Assembly (NCBI RefSeq): GCF_039654945.1
Contig: NW_027361673.1
Span: forward strand, 11,594,001 to 11,658,000
Origin: Dendrobates tinctorius
Taxonomy: Eukaryota
Direction of reading: 5' to 3'
Length of the DNA stretch: 64,000 nucleotides
This document shows, in pieces, positions 26,307 to 40,649 of this stretch. Each line of letters opens with the position of its first letter. The first letter of the stretch is position 1. The translations under genes were made by a program, and so were the position numbers. Below the pieces are notes generated by a model. That model did not search any database, had not been told where the DNA came from, and was given only the letters and a program-made list of their open reading frames with translations.

Positions 26307-26810
26307 TTTAACGGGAATCTGTCAGTAAGTGTAACTCCCTCAAATCCTCGTATATGGTCATGCAGGTCATTGGCACCTTTATATCTTCTATCTGTTGCTC
26401 CATTCTAGAGTGATTAGTGTCTTCATTCATATGTAAAAGAGGTGTTAAGTGCTCTTGGGGTAACAGAGCACTCAACAACTCTCTGCCCCACCAGGTTGAT
26501 TCCCTTCCCAGCAACAAACTCTTTATTTTAATAATTCATTAACTGGGTGACATCAGTCTCCAGATGAGGAAATCACTGTGCTATCAATCAAGCTAAAGAG
26601 GCTGGCTGCTAGACAGGGGAACAGAGCTTGTTAAGTGCTTTGTCACACCCAAAGCACTTGACACCTCATTTGCATTTGAATGAAAACACTAATTCAATGG
26701 GAATGCAGCAACAGATAGAAGATATAAAGGTGTCAATTGATTTTCTTTTTGTAGATCTGTATGCCCATAAACGCGATTTGGGGAGATTGATCTTACAGAG
26801 TTACTTTCAA
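26307..26810. mobile_element. Kolobok/T2-type palindromic MITE, decayed
   Basis: TTAA-GGGAATCTGTCAG start; long inverted arms such as CCTTTATATCTTCTATCTGTTGCT/AGCAACAGATAGAAGATATAAAGG. Confidence 0.7.
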
Positions 26811-28026
26811 AAGAGAAAGGACAGCAATGCTGATTCCTCTACTTTCCTTTTTTGCTGTTTTTCTATTACCTTTATGCCTATTATGTTTATTGTTATCATG
26901 TATGTGTAAAATTCAAATTATTAATACTATATTCCAGAGACTGAGTGGTCGTAGGTCCCTTAACAGTCATCGCGGATACGGTAAAAGTGTGCCACAGTCT
27001 CCTTCTGCACGACCACTAATCAGCTGTTATCATGCTCTGGATCGCTGGTGGTCTCAGGGGCTGGACCCCCAGTTATCTGTAGGTTATCCATTATCCGATG
27101 GATTGGGATTATTAATTACCTTGGGAATAACCCTTCAAGCGCATCATCAACTATAGACTAATCAATACAACCAGATAATTGGATGTTTCTCCTAATGTGG
27201 GTAATTCCTAGCGTCAGTAGATCCTCCATACAACGAGATCCACTATGTACCATGAGGTCCTCCATCAATAAAGCAGGCAAGATTACACACAAAATATGGC
27301 GGCATACTGACTTTTATACATACTTTAGACACAAACAGAAATGTGGCTGAGACCAAACCTTTACTAATGTTCTATGCTGCCAAATTTCTGGAATATAAAA
27401 TATTCTGATATTTTGGAAACTCTTGACTATAAATATCTGTTGATAATATAATAAATCTTTATTTAAAACAGGTAGCACATTGGGATTCTGTCCCGCTTAC
27501 TAGAAGTAAATCTAAATATCTGTTATTACTCTTATTCTCTGTAGTCAAGGGGGTGCAAACTTCTCCGATTTGGTGCAGGTTATAATTAACAACTTCATCA
27601 AGAGAATGAAATGTTTTTGATTAATCTGATTCTTTTTGCTCAAATTGATCTATAATCTAAAATAAGTTTAGCCACTTTGCATATAGTCTTGATAAAATCA
27701 TTGCATCTTACGTCTCTGTGCAAAACTACTACAAATGAATCCTATGTGCAGTCAGATTCTCCATATAGATCTATAGGTCTGAATATGAGCCGTACACACA
27801 AAATAATAGAAAACTTTAGAAAGTTTTTTTTTTTTTTAACATTTTTGATACATTAGTGCAGCAAAATTGCGGTTACAAAGGTATACAAACCCTTCACTAC
27901 TTTAAATAGGCACGTATGACATGCCAAGTGTCTCCCATTTTAAAGCAATGCAGTCCAACGATAAAAAGAAGCTATTGTCTTCCCAGACATAATTAACCAT
28001 TATATCATGAAAATAAGTCTCTGTAA

Positions 28027-28343
28027 GGCTACTTTCACACTTGCGTTATGAGGTAAACTCCGCCCCCCTCCGGTCAGCTCCTCCTATGGGTGCGCCCCTT
28101 TGGCACTGCGCCGACGTGCGCCAATGCACCGTGTTGCATTTTTGTGCGCTCGGTGCAGCACCAAAAGGGCGCATGCGCCAGCAAAAGCATACCAGCCCAC
28201 GGCCTGCGTACCCAACGCTAAATATAGGGGACGAAGCTCGTATGCAGCGCCCATAGGAGGAGCTGACCGGAGGGGGCACGGCAGGGGGCAGAGCTGCACG
28301 GCGGCCGTGCGCTGCGCCTCCTAATGCTAGTGTGAAACTAGCC
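28027..28343. mobile_element. PIF/Harbinger-type MITE
   Basis: GGCTACTTTCACACT...AGTGTGAAACTAGCC with TAA TSD; internal palindrome. Confidence 0.85.
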
Positions 28344-28346
28344 TAA

Positions 28347-28742
28347 GGCCTCATTCAGACGTCGTTTCATCAGTGATTTTGCTCAGTTTCATCAGATGAA
28401 CATCACAGGGTTGTCCAAGTTTCTTCCAAATTTGGTCCGATTTCTCATATGAGGAGAAAAATAAAGTTTCTTTACCTCCTCCTATCTAACCATCTGTAAA
28501 AAAAGGACAGCACATGAATGGCATCCGAATGCTGTCTGATTTTTTTTTTACGTACCCATAGACTTGCATTGCTGATTTTGTCCTGACACTCGGAGCAATA
28601 TCAGGCATGTCTCCGCTACTTTTCTGCCTCCCTCAAGAAAACGGACATAGAAACAGCCGCATAGACTGTAGTAGGTAGAAGTTCTATCTGTGGAAAAACA
28701 TGGAAGGAAGTCGCATGGAAAAAACGGATGTCTGAATCAGCC
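28347..28742. mobile_element. Second Harbinger-type MITE abutting the first
   Basis: GGCCTCATTCAGACG...TGTCTGAATCAGCC; shares the TAA at 28344-28346. Confidence 0.65.
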
Positions 28743-28909
28743 GACCGTACAGATATAGAAGTGGAATGACAAGGTCACAAAAAAGAACTTTGAGCTATTA
28801 ACCTTCAATGGACAGCACTGCTTTAAACAATTACCAAGCCAATATGACATCTTGAATACAATCTTGCCCCATTGCACATGCCCTTTCATGGTGAAGACCA
28901 AAAATGCAG

Positions 28910-29711
28910 GTTAGAGAGAACCTATCAGCTGATTCATGCTGCCCGAACCATAGTCAGCATGAATCAGATAGCGGATCCGTTTTAACTGCTGTGTATGTTT
29001 TACACTAAAACATTGTCATGTTTCATAGAAAACATACTTTGAAAAATGGCGGGGACCATACATCTCAGATGAATATCTTCTCCTTGCCCCACTCCCCATG
29101 AATGACAGGTCTCTCCCTTTATGTATAGGGAGAGACCTGTTAGCCTAGAGGAGCAGAAGTCACCAGGGACCTGTCTCCGACTAGTCAGCCAAGACACATA
29201 GTCCCCAGCTGGCTTTTCCAAGTATGTCTTCTCTGAAATGCTGCAGGGTTTCAGAGTAAGGCTCCTTTCACACAGTGTTTTGCATGTTTGTTGGTCCCAT
29301 TGGGGCTTATGTCTGGAAGACCTCCGAGCAAAACGGGATTCAGGCGCATGCGCCGACGGGGCCATAGACTATAATAGTGCTGACAGAGTCAATGTGCGCT
29401 CTGTCGTGTATCATCTTCGGGTGTGTACGACTACTGGAGATGGACATCTACACTTAGTAGACTGCGTCTGAGTGTCTGCCTCCAGTAGACATACACACAC
29501 GTTGATTCTGTTGGCACCATTATTGTCTATACACCAGAATCCCATTTTGTAGGGGGGGGAGGTCAGGACGTAAGCCCCAACAGTACCAACGAGCATGGTG
29601 AAAAACGCTGCATGAAAGGACCGCAAAACATGCCTGGCCCCAACAACGCTGCCGGTTTCTGATTCATGCTGTGTCTGTGGCAGCACGAATCAACTGACAG
29701 ATTCCCCTTAA
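28910..29711. mobile_element. Kolobok/T2-type MITE with a nested Harbinger-type MITE (~29260-29622)
   Basis: GAACCTATCAGCTGATTCATGCTGCC / GGCAGCACGAATCAACTGACAGATTCCCCTTAA; inner TAA-GGCTCCTTTCACAC...CATGAAAGGACC. Confidence 0.6.
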
Positions 29712-30776
29712 TCCTCATGATAATCAATGCAAATTCTAGTTAGACATCATGCTACTTATTATGTTTTGAAATTTAGTCCAATGTTTTTCTCACTGACGGA
29801 AATGTATCTGTTAGAAAAAAATATGTTAAATCAAAGGACAAAGAAACAGTAAGTTCTATGAGACTAGAAAACTATGAGCAAATACAATGAAACTTGAAAT
29901 GCGTCAGTATTTAGTTTGTTTTTTCTATTGGCAATCATATAAAGAGTAGTGACTGCATAGTAATTATCGTGAGCACGTTGAGGTGATAGATAACAATTTT
30001 CTCTTTAGTAAACCATTCTTTCATTTACCTACACTCTTCTTGTAATACTTGATGAAGATATTGAGAAAGGTTTAGCCTTTCACACTTTCCAGCCCATTCA
30101 GAAATGGTGAAACATGCAGGTAGAGGTCAGTAATACATGTACATACATAGCATAGCAATAAACAGTACAAGAAGCGGCTCTCACAGAGGGTCATGAAGCG
30201 CGGCTCATCCCTCTCACCTCACGTGTACATATCTGAAGATACATGTGTTACATCCCAGAAGTAACATTGGTAACCTTACACTGTGCACAAGGACCACTCA
30301 CCAACTATTCACTTTAAAGTTAGATAGAGGGGTTTGCTGTCTGTTTTTCTAAAATATCCCTACTCTTGGCCTTTTTAATAAGGCTGAAGTGCAATACCAG
30401 ACGCAGCCTATGGGAAAGAGTGGTGCTGCTTCAAGCAAAAAAGTTGACTATTTTTCATCATATAAAGAACTCCCATCATTTACCATAAACATACAGTATA
30501 ATATTTTTGCATGGTGTAAATGCTGCTTTCCCCCTAAATCTGTATTATTTCTTGTTCCTGCATCTTTCCATTCCTGAGATATGACTTCCCCCTGTTCCTT
30601 GTTTGTGAATCTAGTCTTTTAAGTCAACTGGGTGAGGCCTCAAGAAGACTCCAGTAGAGAAGAGATAAGGACCTTGTCCACTTAGCTAACAAGACTACAG
30701 GGGGCCATATCTCAGGACTGGAAAGGAGCAGGAACCAAAAAAACAATGCCAGACTCGGGAGAACAGAGACATGCAG

Positions 30777-30953
30777 AATCAAATGCCTCCCAGCTCTCAC
30801 GTAGATTTTAAATCTTGATTCTTTTATTCAGAATTTGGACGTGTTTCAGTCCATCCAATGTTGTCGAAAGCTCTGGACAGACTGAAACGCGTCCAGTTCT
30901 GAATAAAGGAATTCAGATTTAAAATCTACGTAAGTGCTGGGAGTCATTCGATT
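30777..30953. mobile_element. Fold-back fragment, Penelope-like terminus
   Basis: ~75-bp inverted arms containing GAAACGCGTC and AATAAA. Confidence 0.5.
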
Positions 30954-32294
30954 GTACGTTATCTATTTCTAAGGTGGATCATTGTTTCGTTTTCTTAGAG
31001 AACAGGTAATGTCCATCAGATTTAAAATTTCTGTAAATTGACAGGTTCACTTTATGTATCCAAATTGTGTGTTTAAGCCTTCTCATAATTTGTGTATGAT
31101 TATCAGGGACCCAAAGCTGTACTGTGCAAAAAATAATATTTTACACAGAGGCCATACACATTAGTTGAGGGAGAAAACAATATTTTGTTAAAATAAAGAC
31201 AATGGCCAATAATAGATGTTAGCGAAGAAAATGCAGATTGTTAGCGGGTACTAGCCATAAAGTCCTCCGAGGGTGAGACGTGCCCTTCGATGGCCATTGG
31301 GGTGGCATTTGAACTCCTGAGCATGGCTGAACTGTTCGGCAATGTGTCATGATTGCAGTATTCAGATGAATGGGGAAACACCCCTCTATAAAACATACGA
31401 CTTGTCATATAACAGATCCTTGATGTTTCATAGTGAATATTTGACCAATAACTTTTTTAAGCTTATAAACTGTATTAATCTGAATGCTACATGAATAAAG
31501 AAGACCGGTGACAACCATCTAAGTATATTCACAAATGGCAAGTGCTATTTCAAAGCGGACTGTCTACAGAAAATGGCTTCTGTCTATGGAAATGATGGAA
31601 TATTCTGTATGCAGATTTATTATGTGTACCTGAACGTGAACCGCGTTTGTATAGGTTTTATTTGGTGTACTCCTTAAGGCAAGTGAATATTACAAAGGCA
31701 TTGTGAATTATTTTCTCTCTTATGACAAGTACAAAGTGTCTACCATATATACAGAATAAATGTACTATAACCCTGTTAGCTTAGTCTGACTTCTTATAAA
31801 TTAGCTGGTGCAACTTACTGTATCCACAGTTTTGGTCTGTAAATCGATCATAGTGTGTGAAGATTTTACTGAACGTCATTCACATTGGCATGAGCAAACA
31901 TGGCCACAACGCTCGCTCCAATGTATTGCATTGAAAACTATTCTGTGTCGTGTCCTTGGGTCCAGGTTCCATTTTCTGTCCCCAATCCATATGCATAGAC
32001 TATAAAGCCAAAATATACAAGTTTGAATGCAAAATGGGCACTAAACCTCGGACAAGTGAACAGTGGCGGAATATTATATATAACCTGGTAGCAAAAATCC
32101 AACACAGTTCCAGTCTCCTTCGTTTTTTATACTGGGCTCATCACTGACTATGGTCTGATAACGACTGACAGTGCCACCAGGACAAGGCCTCCCATGTACA
32201 GGCTTAGTAGGTACATTACATTTTCTATTCCGCAATAATGTATATATATTTTTTCTAAACTGGTTTTGTAAAGATTTTCTGGTAGAACATGATA

Positions 32295-35200
32295 GTTTAT
32301 AATGAAGAATTGCTTTATTTTCCGTTTTGCAATACAAATCATTTACATAAATGGCATTCACAAGAAATGACTAGTAAATTCGTTAACAAAAATCAGGTAA
32401 TCCGTTATTGAAAACTGAGTATAAGAAACTTTACAAATTCACTTTATTAGTGCCACAACGATAGAATGACCAACACTTTAGGTTCATTGGGTGGCAACAA
32501 ATATGAAGTGACAATTGCCGCTTACTAGGATAAATGAGCCATGTGGCTTATACCAGGACTGGAGTTTTGCCATGGCGCTTTGAGGTACACAGCCTTTGGT
32601 GCCCAATGACCCAACCCAATACGTAGCTGCATTATTTTCACATAACATTTTGTAGCTTTTTTAGTCAAATTCGACAACAATCTCACCCCTGTCAGATAAA
32701 TATAGCATCAATTCACATTTCCTTGCCAACAAAAGAAAAACATGCATGCAAGGAATGAGCTGCCCCTAAATCCATTCATGAGCAAAGGCCTATGCATGGT
32801 GCCGAAATGATTGAGCTAACGTGGCTCGTACAGACAGACGTGTTCTCCATATGAACAAACTGTTCGAATTTTGGAAAAATCATCCTTTAACTCTGAAACA
32901 CGTTGACACTGAAGTTTTTAGAAAACAAGTGAACAAAGGAGGATCATTTGTGTCTTTAGATGTTCCTTATAACATTTACCCAATGTGAAAAAGAGCAAAA
33001 AGTCCTTGATGGACGTCATCCATGAGCAAACAAGCTTCTTCCTAAAATATACATCTAAAAACCCCTGTAGCGATCCTCTCATACAAAAGACATTCTGTGC
33101 AATGATTGGACACATGAAATGAATATATCTAATATAAGTGCTAGTTTCTAAGTGCGATCTTCTAGTTTGGACAGTCGTAGTGAGTGTCGGCATTGTGTTG
33201 TGTGTAGATTTAGGTGTGTGCCCACAGCATTTGTCCTGTACAGATGGTTTGTTTTTTATGGCAACATGCACTGATAATCTATATTGTATATTGTACATAG
33301 CAGTTTTTCATGTCCTCCCAATCTGCAATGCATTTAGTCAAATGATCACAACTTTGTAATTCTATTTTCTGTATTAAAGAAGCACTCTCATCAAAGTTTT
33401 TATCCTCTTAATATTTTGCAGTCATCATAAGCACTGTATTCTTACAATTGCTCATTTTGCCTTTCCACCCAGGTAATTCTTCTCTTTTCTCTGCTCTATG
33501 TGGAAGCAGGAAGTCTCTTTTCCCTACATGAGTCATCCTCCTCTTCAACTCCTGACCCAGCTACTCCACCACTCACTTTGTCAGGTACTTTTGCAATGAT
33601 GACGCATACATGGAAAATTGACCTCCTGTTTCTACATAGAGCTTAGAAGGATTCAGCTAGTCAGTTTTTAATCACGTGATGTCATAGATCTAATGGAAAA
33701 GAGAAGAAATACCTGCATAGAAAGGAAAAATGAGCAATTGTAAGTACACAGAGCTATATAATATGATTGCATTATATTAAGAAGATAACATTTTTTTTGT
33801 AATAGTGCTTCTTTAATAAATGAATTTAATGTGTTGATGAGGATGTCTGACAATTAAAAATCATCTATTATTTTCCCAAATCAGCATTACCCTTGTCCAT
33901 TCGCTGTGTCTAATATTGAATCCCTATTGAGGGCTCAATCAAAGTATTTTTTTGATTATTGAGTTGGCTGTGTTCGTGATGGACAACACACCCATCAATT
34001 TTGCCAGTGTGATAGTGCACATGGGCATAGTACCATGCGGAGCTATATTCCACGTGAAAAAAAATTGCAGCATTCACTATACTGGTCTGTTTTACAGACC
34101 AGTATAATGTATGATATAGAAGGCAGCTCCTGCAATCATCCATAATACAAATGAACAAGTGGAGTTGCCCATCAAATCCGCATTTTTAGACATACATGGC
34201 CTGTTTTTTTGATTCAGCCATCTGAATCTGGTGAGCTGCAATACCAAGTATTGCCACTGAACAAGAGTGGTGCTGTTTCTGCTTTTTTAAAAAAAGCAGA
34301 CTGTGTGCATCAGCCCCTTTCCGTTCAATGAGAATGATGAAATTGAGTTGCCTGACAAACTCTGTAGTGACAGGTCCAATTTATTCCACTACTGAATAAT
34401 CTAAAGCTTACCATATTAAGATAAGGACACATACTGTACATGATAGGTGCATTGTACAGATTTTTAAGTGCTAGAGTTCTTTTTTTTTTTTCCTACTTCA
34501 CCAGTCCCTGGGTAATATTCAAGGTTTTTTTCATTTTTAGAATTTACAATAAAAATGTTTTACCTTTTTTTTTGCACCAAAATAAAACAAAAAAAAACAA
34601 ACAAACTCCATACAAAACACAACTTGTATGACTCTCAAATAAATGCTGGTTTGTTTCTAAAGATAACACATATATTATTCAGGTTGCAAGCAGTCTTTTT
34701 TTTACAATGTGCATGTCATCTAGACACACAGATGGCCATAATACATACTATGGTCACTAGAGCTCTAATATGGGCTTGACAGCCTGCTGTGGGCCATATT
34801 CTACCTCCATGGGCTACCTAGTTTGTATGGAGGTTTTCTGACACATTCATGTATAATCATGCTTAACCTGTCCAATCACAGGATGTGTTGCAGTAGTATC
34901 CAGTAAAAGCATTACTACTGGGGCGTGGATGACCATAGCTGAGGGCTTCTTGCTCTCGTATAGATTTCCATAGAGCAGTCTTCTCATTTATTACAATACA
35001 TTAGTAATTGTAGGCTATGAAAATAGTGAGCTCAGTCCCGTCCATGCGGACTAATATACAGTAGGAGGCTGTGGGCTACTGTTACGCTGACATTGGCCAC
35101 ATCCTTACCTACTGGGCGATACTGCGTGAACCTACATGTCCACCCACTGCTGGGAGAAAAAGTAGTGCCACACAGGACGCCTACTGCTCTGTGATGAGTG

Positions 35201-38200
35201 TGTTGGCTCCTGACACACCGCTTTACTGTAGGCATTAGCTTTAGTTTGTAGTAAAAGATCAGCAGGATGTGTCAGTTTTTATCCACCCCTTCTTCACGGC
35301 TATCGTACTGCCCATTTTTGGGGCACAAATAACAATAGGACAAGAATAGTGAAAAACACTATTGTGCAAAAGTCTGGAATTTCAAACCAGAATTTACATT
35401 TATTTTTAGTATTTCTTTCTTATTACTAATATCTTACTTCGTCAGTATATGGGAGCTCCGAGCTCTGAGCACTAGCGCATAGGTAGCTTTATAAGATTTG
35501 ACTTTGGAACAAACATCTGCAAATCCCTCATGTAATGTGGTATTATAAAATGTAGATAATATTTTCTATCAAACGTTCAAAGACTCTTTGTAAAAAAAAA
35601 ATAAACCACTCATCCAAGTGTTAAACATGGCGCAGGTTGAAGCCCTGGAGGCCATAGTTTACCCACAGCGCTAAGAAAATTAGACAATGTCAGGGTGGTT
35701 TACTGTGTGAAGGATTTTCCTTGACGATATACTAAGGTAGATAATGTTTTATGTTCAACTCGCAAGTTAATGTGTAAACCGATATATACCTATATACATT
35801 TAGTATATGATCTGCATTGTAATGTAGGGGCTAGGTCAACTCAATTCAACATGGAAACAGTTTCCAACCTAGAGCAGAGAAAGTATATTAAGAGCAATGG
35901 TGTTCCCAGATAGCCCGTGATGCTGCCTTTATTTAAAAAAAATATTTCTGGAGAACTCCAAAATAAACATAAATGCAAATGTAAACTATCGTCATGGTAT
36001 TTCTATTAACTGTGCTTAACAAATGTAAAAATACACAAATTTTAGAGCGTTTTTAAATTGACTATGAGAAATGTGATTAACACTAAAGATAGTTTAGAAG
36101 GACCCCCCCAATGAGCCTGCTACATACCCCTCCCCTAGAGCGATGGCTAATGACCACACCATTCCCCAAATGACCCTGTCGTAAGGCCTGCTACAGATAT
36201 CTGACTCACATTGAGCACCATATAGCCCTGATAGCACTCCTGCTATGGACCCTACCAGAGATCCTCATTCCAAAGTACCTGACACAGATCCCCAGACTGA
36301 GAGCCATAGTGCAACTGAGATAACCCAAGTTATTGCTTCCTTTCAGCATACGTGCAGTATGGAGACTGACAGGAGTCAAAAGTGTTTTTTTGGGATATGT
36401 TTACACTGCGGGGGCTTCATTTTTGCTATGGGTAAAGTGTCCCTTTGAATAATACAAATATTTTTGTGTAGAATTCTATTGGGTTTAGTTTACTAGAGAA
36501 GGAACAGTAAGCTGTAGTAAAGTCTTCAAGAATTGAGTATATATGAGCAACAGGGGAGGCTGACAACAAATTACAGTCCTTGAAGACACAGTTGATTTCA
36601 AATCCTAAAATCATTGGGAAAGTTTCTGTGCATCACTCTTCTCCTCGATTAAAGACTTACAGACCCATGGTCTATATAATAATGCATAATACTGACATTT
36701 TTAGTACCAGGCACCAGGGCAACATGACTATTTCTGCTTGGTGCCCAGGCCAACATCTTGGGCTGGTGCCTTCAGTCACGGGGGTGGCGCATGCGCAGTA
36801 AGATCCTAGTGACGTTACGAAAGCTGGACTATCTATCTGCACATGTTCTGCCCCCTATCTGATATCTTGCGCAGGAGCCGCCATTCCTAGGAGGATACAT
36901 GCGCAGGGGGATTGTCCTGCTCTTTCAATGTTATCAGGACATAATTTGACATGTGCCACCCCCAATAATAATGGTGACTGTGCAAAATGTTGGCTTATGG
37001 AGCAGGTCGCTGACAAAAGTGACCTGTCAATCATTGGTAGGAGGCCAGTGCCAGGTAGACAAAAAGGGAGAGAGGCCAGAGAGCTGTAAGTGCAAGCAAA
37101 GTCTTTGCATAAGAATAGCTGATGGATTTTGAGACAAAGAAAACACGGACCTATAATATAGAGGTATGGAAGTGATCATCATTACAGTTACTTTACTGTG
37201 ATGACGTTACTTTCGGGTCTAAAAAAACCTGCTTCTTTTAATTACATTAAAAGACTAAATACATTATCTGCAAATGATCGAAAAAAGCAGTCAATTTATA
37301 CTCAAAAACTACCGATGTAGAATCCATTGCTATTCATATACCCCCTCTGCATCAATAAAATCCCTCTCAATGTCTTCAAACCAAAAGTAACATCCTTTGT
37401 GTATGTTTTACAATAAATTGTATTCGAGCTGAAGGATTTTTCTCGTATCATGCAACTCTGTAAAAAAAAGTACCTTCTAGTACTAGTGAATGAGGAGGGA
37501 GATATGTCATGTGGGTGCTGCTTGTATCTCCAGAAATATAAACTAGCTACAGAACGACCAATATGGATCCTTGTATCTGGCGCGGGTTTCTTGCATGTCA
37601 GTTGAGATAAATGCGTGATGCTTAAAGGCACGTGGCTGTCCTCTCTGGCGGCTAAGGACCAGACTTTGGAGATGCAGGTTAATATAAAATAGAATTTTAG
37701 ACATATACACATAATTTATTTAGAATCATTTCTCCTGAAAATACTAGACGATCATGCAGAATTGAATTCCACATGTTGTATATACTATGGTTTTGGTTTT
37801 GCTGTCAGTAGCTGAGGAGCTATTCTGCATCCGTTTATATTTTATATGTTCATTTTATCATAGAAAAATATGTCTGGCAAAATATAGACTCTGGCATGAA
37901 CTACAGCCCTGAACGTGTAATGTGGATAGTCTTGCTTTCTGTACAACATACTAATAGGTTTGAGGATATGTGGCACTGAAGCAGATCTGAACATGACCTA
38001 AGTAACTGCTTCTCTGCTAGGCACTGTTAGAAGATGGGTAATGAAGGAGGTAGTACAATTGAGTATATGGATATATCACAGTTCAGGAGTTCAAATGTCA
38101 TCCTAGTATGGCCTATTATTACGACAGTGTGAGGTTACCAATTCCCAAAGTGCCAAGTGATCATCGTGTGACTTGTGGCACGAGACCTATTCCAATGCAT

Positions 38201-39161
38201 ATCGTCATGCAAAAGTAAGGGGATCGGAAAACGGTGAGACATTAATGGAATTCCTAGAGGTTTACTTTCAAATACCTGAGAAGGGAATGTGCAGAATCAA
38301 GGAACTAGTTCTGTACAGTCATCCTATAAACATCAACTATATAACAAAAGAGTGAGCAATGTAAAGTCATACTTTAACATCCAGGTCAGCTTAGCTTGTT
38401 TCTTTCCGTAATAAAAAAAAAATAAGAGTTTGGAAAAGGGGAGTTAGAGTAAAAAAATACATTCTTTCAGGATTATCATTTTCTTTTCTTCAGTATAAAG
38501 GTATAATTATTTAGGGTTATTTACCAGGCTAAATTCTCTTTCCACAAACCAATTCAAAAACATGCTATCAATTTATCCCCAGCCATGAGCGCACTGTGTG
38601 CCAAATAAGGGGCTTAATCATTTGCTTTTTAAAAAAATAAATTAAAAAAATATCATCTCGTGATAAAATCAAATATCTGCCTTCTTCACGGAGGAAATGG
38701 TGTATATATGCAGCTGTGAATGATTAGAACTGCCCCACATTGCACGAGTAAGTGATCACCATGGGAGATGGTCAGTAGGGTTTTTAGCCGCAGGCACAAT
38801 ATCTGAGAATACCTTTTCTGTGTAGGATCCGTAGTGCTGGTGAATGCAAGTTAATATATATTTTTTCTTTTTTTTGTACATTTTCTTTTCCAAAAACCAC
38901 TTAAGAACTGGAAGGACCGTCAAACGCTCTGTTGAGTAATGTCTTAACGGCCGCCTCAGCACAAAAGGGGTTAAACTTCCACGGATAAACTTCACATCAA
39001 AAGGACAGAATAACAAAAACACGATAGTCACAAGTACCCGCTTTAGAGGAACATTTTCATCCATGTCTATTCAGAACGGACGAGAACAAAAAAAGTGACG
39101 GAGGCAATGGAATGGAAGGGGAGACCCCAGTAGTGCCAAGAATCCAGAAGCACAGTTTCTT
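32295..39161 (-). other. thrb: Putative long thrb 3'UTR
   Basis: Follows the stop codon; TE-poor and AU-rich on the minus strand; AATAAA candidates at 32443-32448 and 32314-32319. Mammalian THRB has a multi-kb 3'UTR. The end point is inferred. Confidence 0.4.
33378..33812. mobile_element. Kolobok/T2-type palindromic MITE
   Basis: TTAA-AGAAGCACT...AGTGCTTCT-TTAA; internal inverted arms. Confidence 0.8.
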
Positions 39162-39560
<399 letters not shown>

Positions 39561-40649
39561 TTATTCATTTAAATTTTTATATTCAAAGCTACCCCAATTC
39601 TCAGCAGTCAGTCTAGGGTTCACAGCTCAACATTTGGCTTCTGTTGAACACAGAAAAGCTTATCTTAGCATATCATCTGAGCGTTGTGCTCGCAGAGCTG
39701 CCAGATTACTCACCTCAATAGCTAAGCCAGCCTCCTTCTCTGTTCATACATCAGCCGTGAATGAAGAGGAAGCTGGATTAGCTATTGCAAGGAGCAGTCA
39801 ACAGAATTGCCAACTTGACTTTTTATTTTCTTCTGGACGGCTTATCAAAAAATTATGGACAGACAAAATGTTTTAGACACACATTGGAAAACCATAATAA
39901 ATCATTATAATTATGAGTGATACATTTCTACAGCCCATAATTATTATATGGAGACATCAGCTGCATTCACTGTAAACTGTAAGCTGATCAGAATAATCTG
40001 TATAAGGCAATTACCTTTCTGAATGATTAAACATTTATAACTATCAAACCTTATTTTCTAAGGCTTTTGTTTCTTAAGGCTCATTCTGGGGCACTACATT
40101 TCTTCTTGATCAGAGCACAAAGTCGGTGTAGGGAGACGTAAAGGCCTCAATGGGAAGAAAGCCTTTAGGTCTCCCTATGCAAATTTGGTGCACTCCTAAA
40201 GAACTATTCCCTAATACTATTTTATAGCCTTCTCATCCAGCTAACCAGTCTCCTTCTATGCACTGTCGAGTGCCAAAAACTCTTAAACAGTTGTTTGAAA
40301 ATGGAGTACTTTTCCATTTGGAGAAGAATGTGGTTTGGCTTTATATCCTAAGCTAACATGTACAGCGCAAGTCAGGAGGAGGTGTATAGAGCAGGCTCCA
40401 AGGATGAGACTAACCCATACCCGGCAAAGAATAGTCAAGATCTGCTTCTAGCAGTCATGGGTGGAGCGAAGCAGAGCCCACAACTGTTAACCTGATAAAT
40501 GTCACTGTCAATTTGTGACAGTGGCATTAGCAGTGTACCAGCATGGGGGTGTCATTCAATGTGCCCACTGGCCATCTTGTCAATGTCAGGGGTCTGTTGA
40601 AGACCTGAAGCCTATGTTCAATCTTCAAAGTAGACCGTTATTTTGATTA

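Noticed and set aside
26357-26371. TGGTCA-tgc-AGGTCA nuclear receptor direct repeat as a thyroid response element
   Set aside because: DR3 rather than DR4 spacing, and inside a MITE. No convincing DR4 was seen by eye; a PWM scan would be needed.
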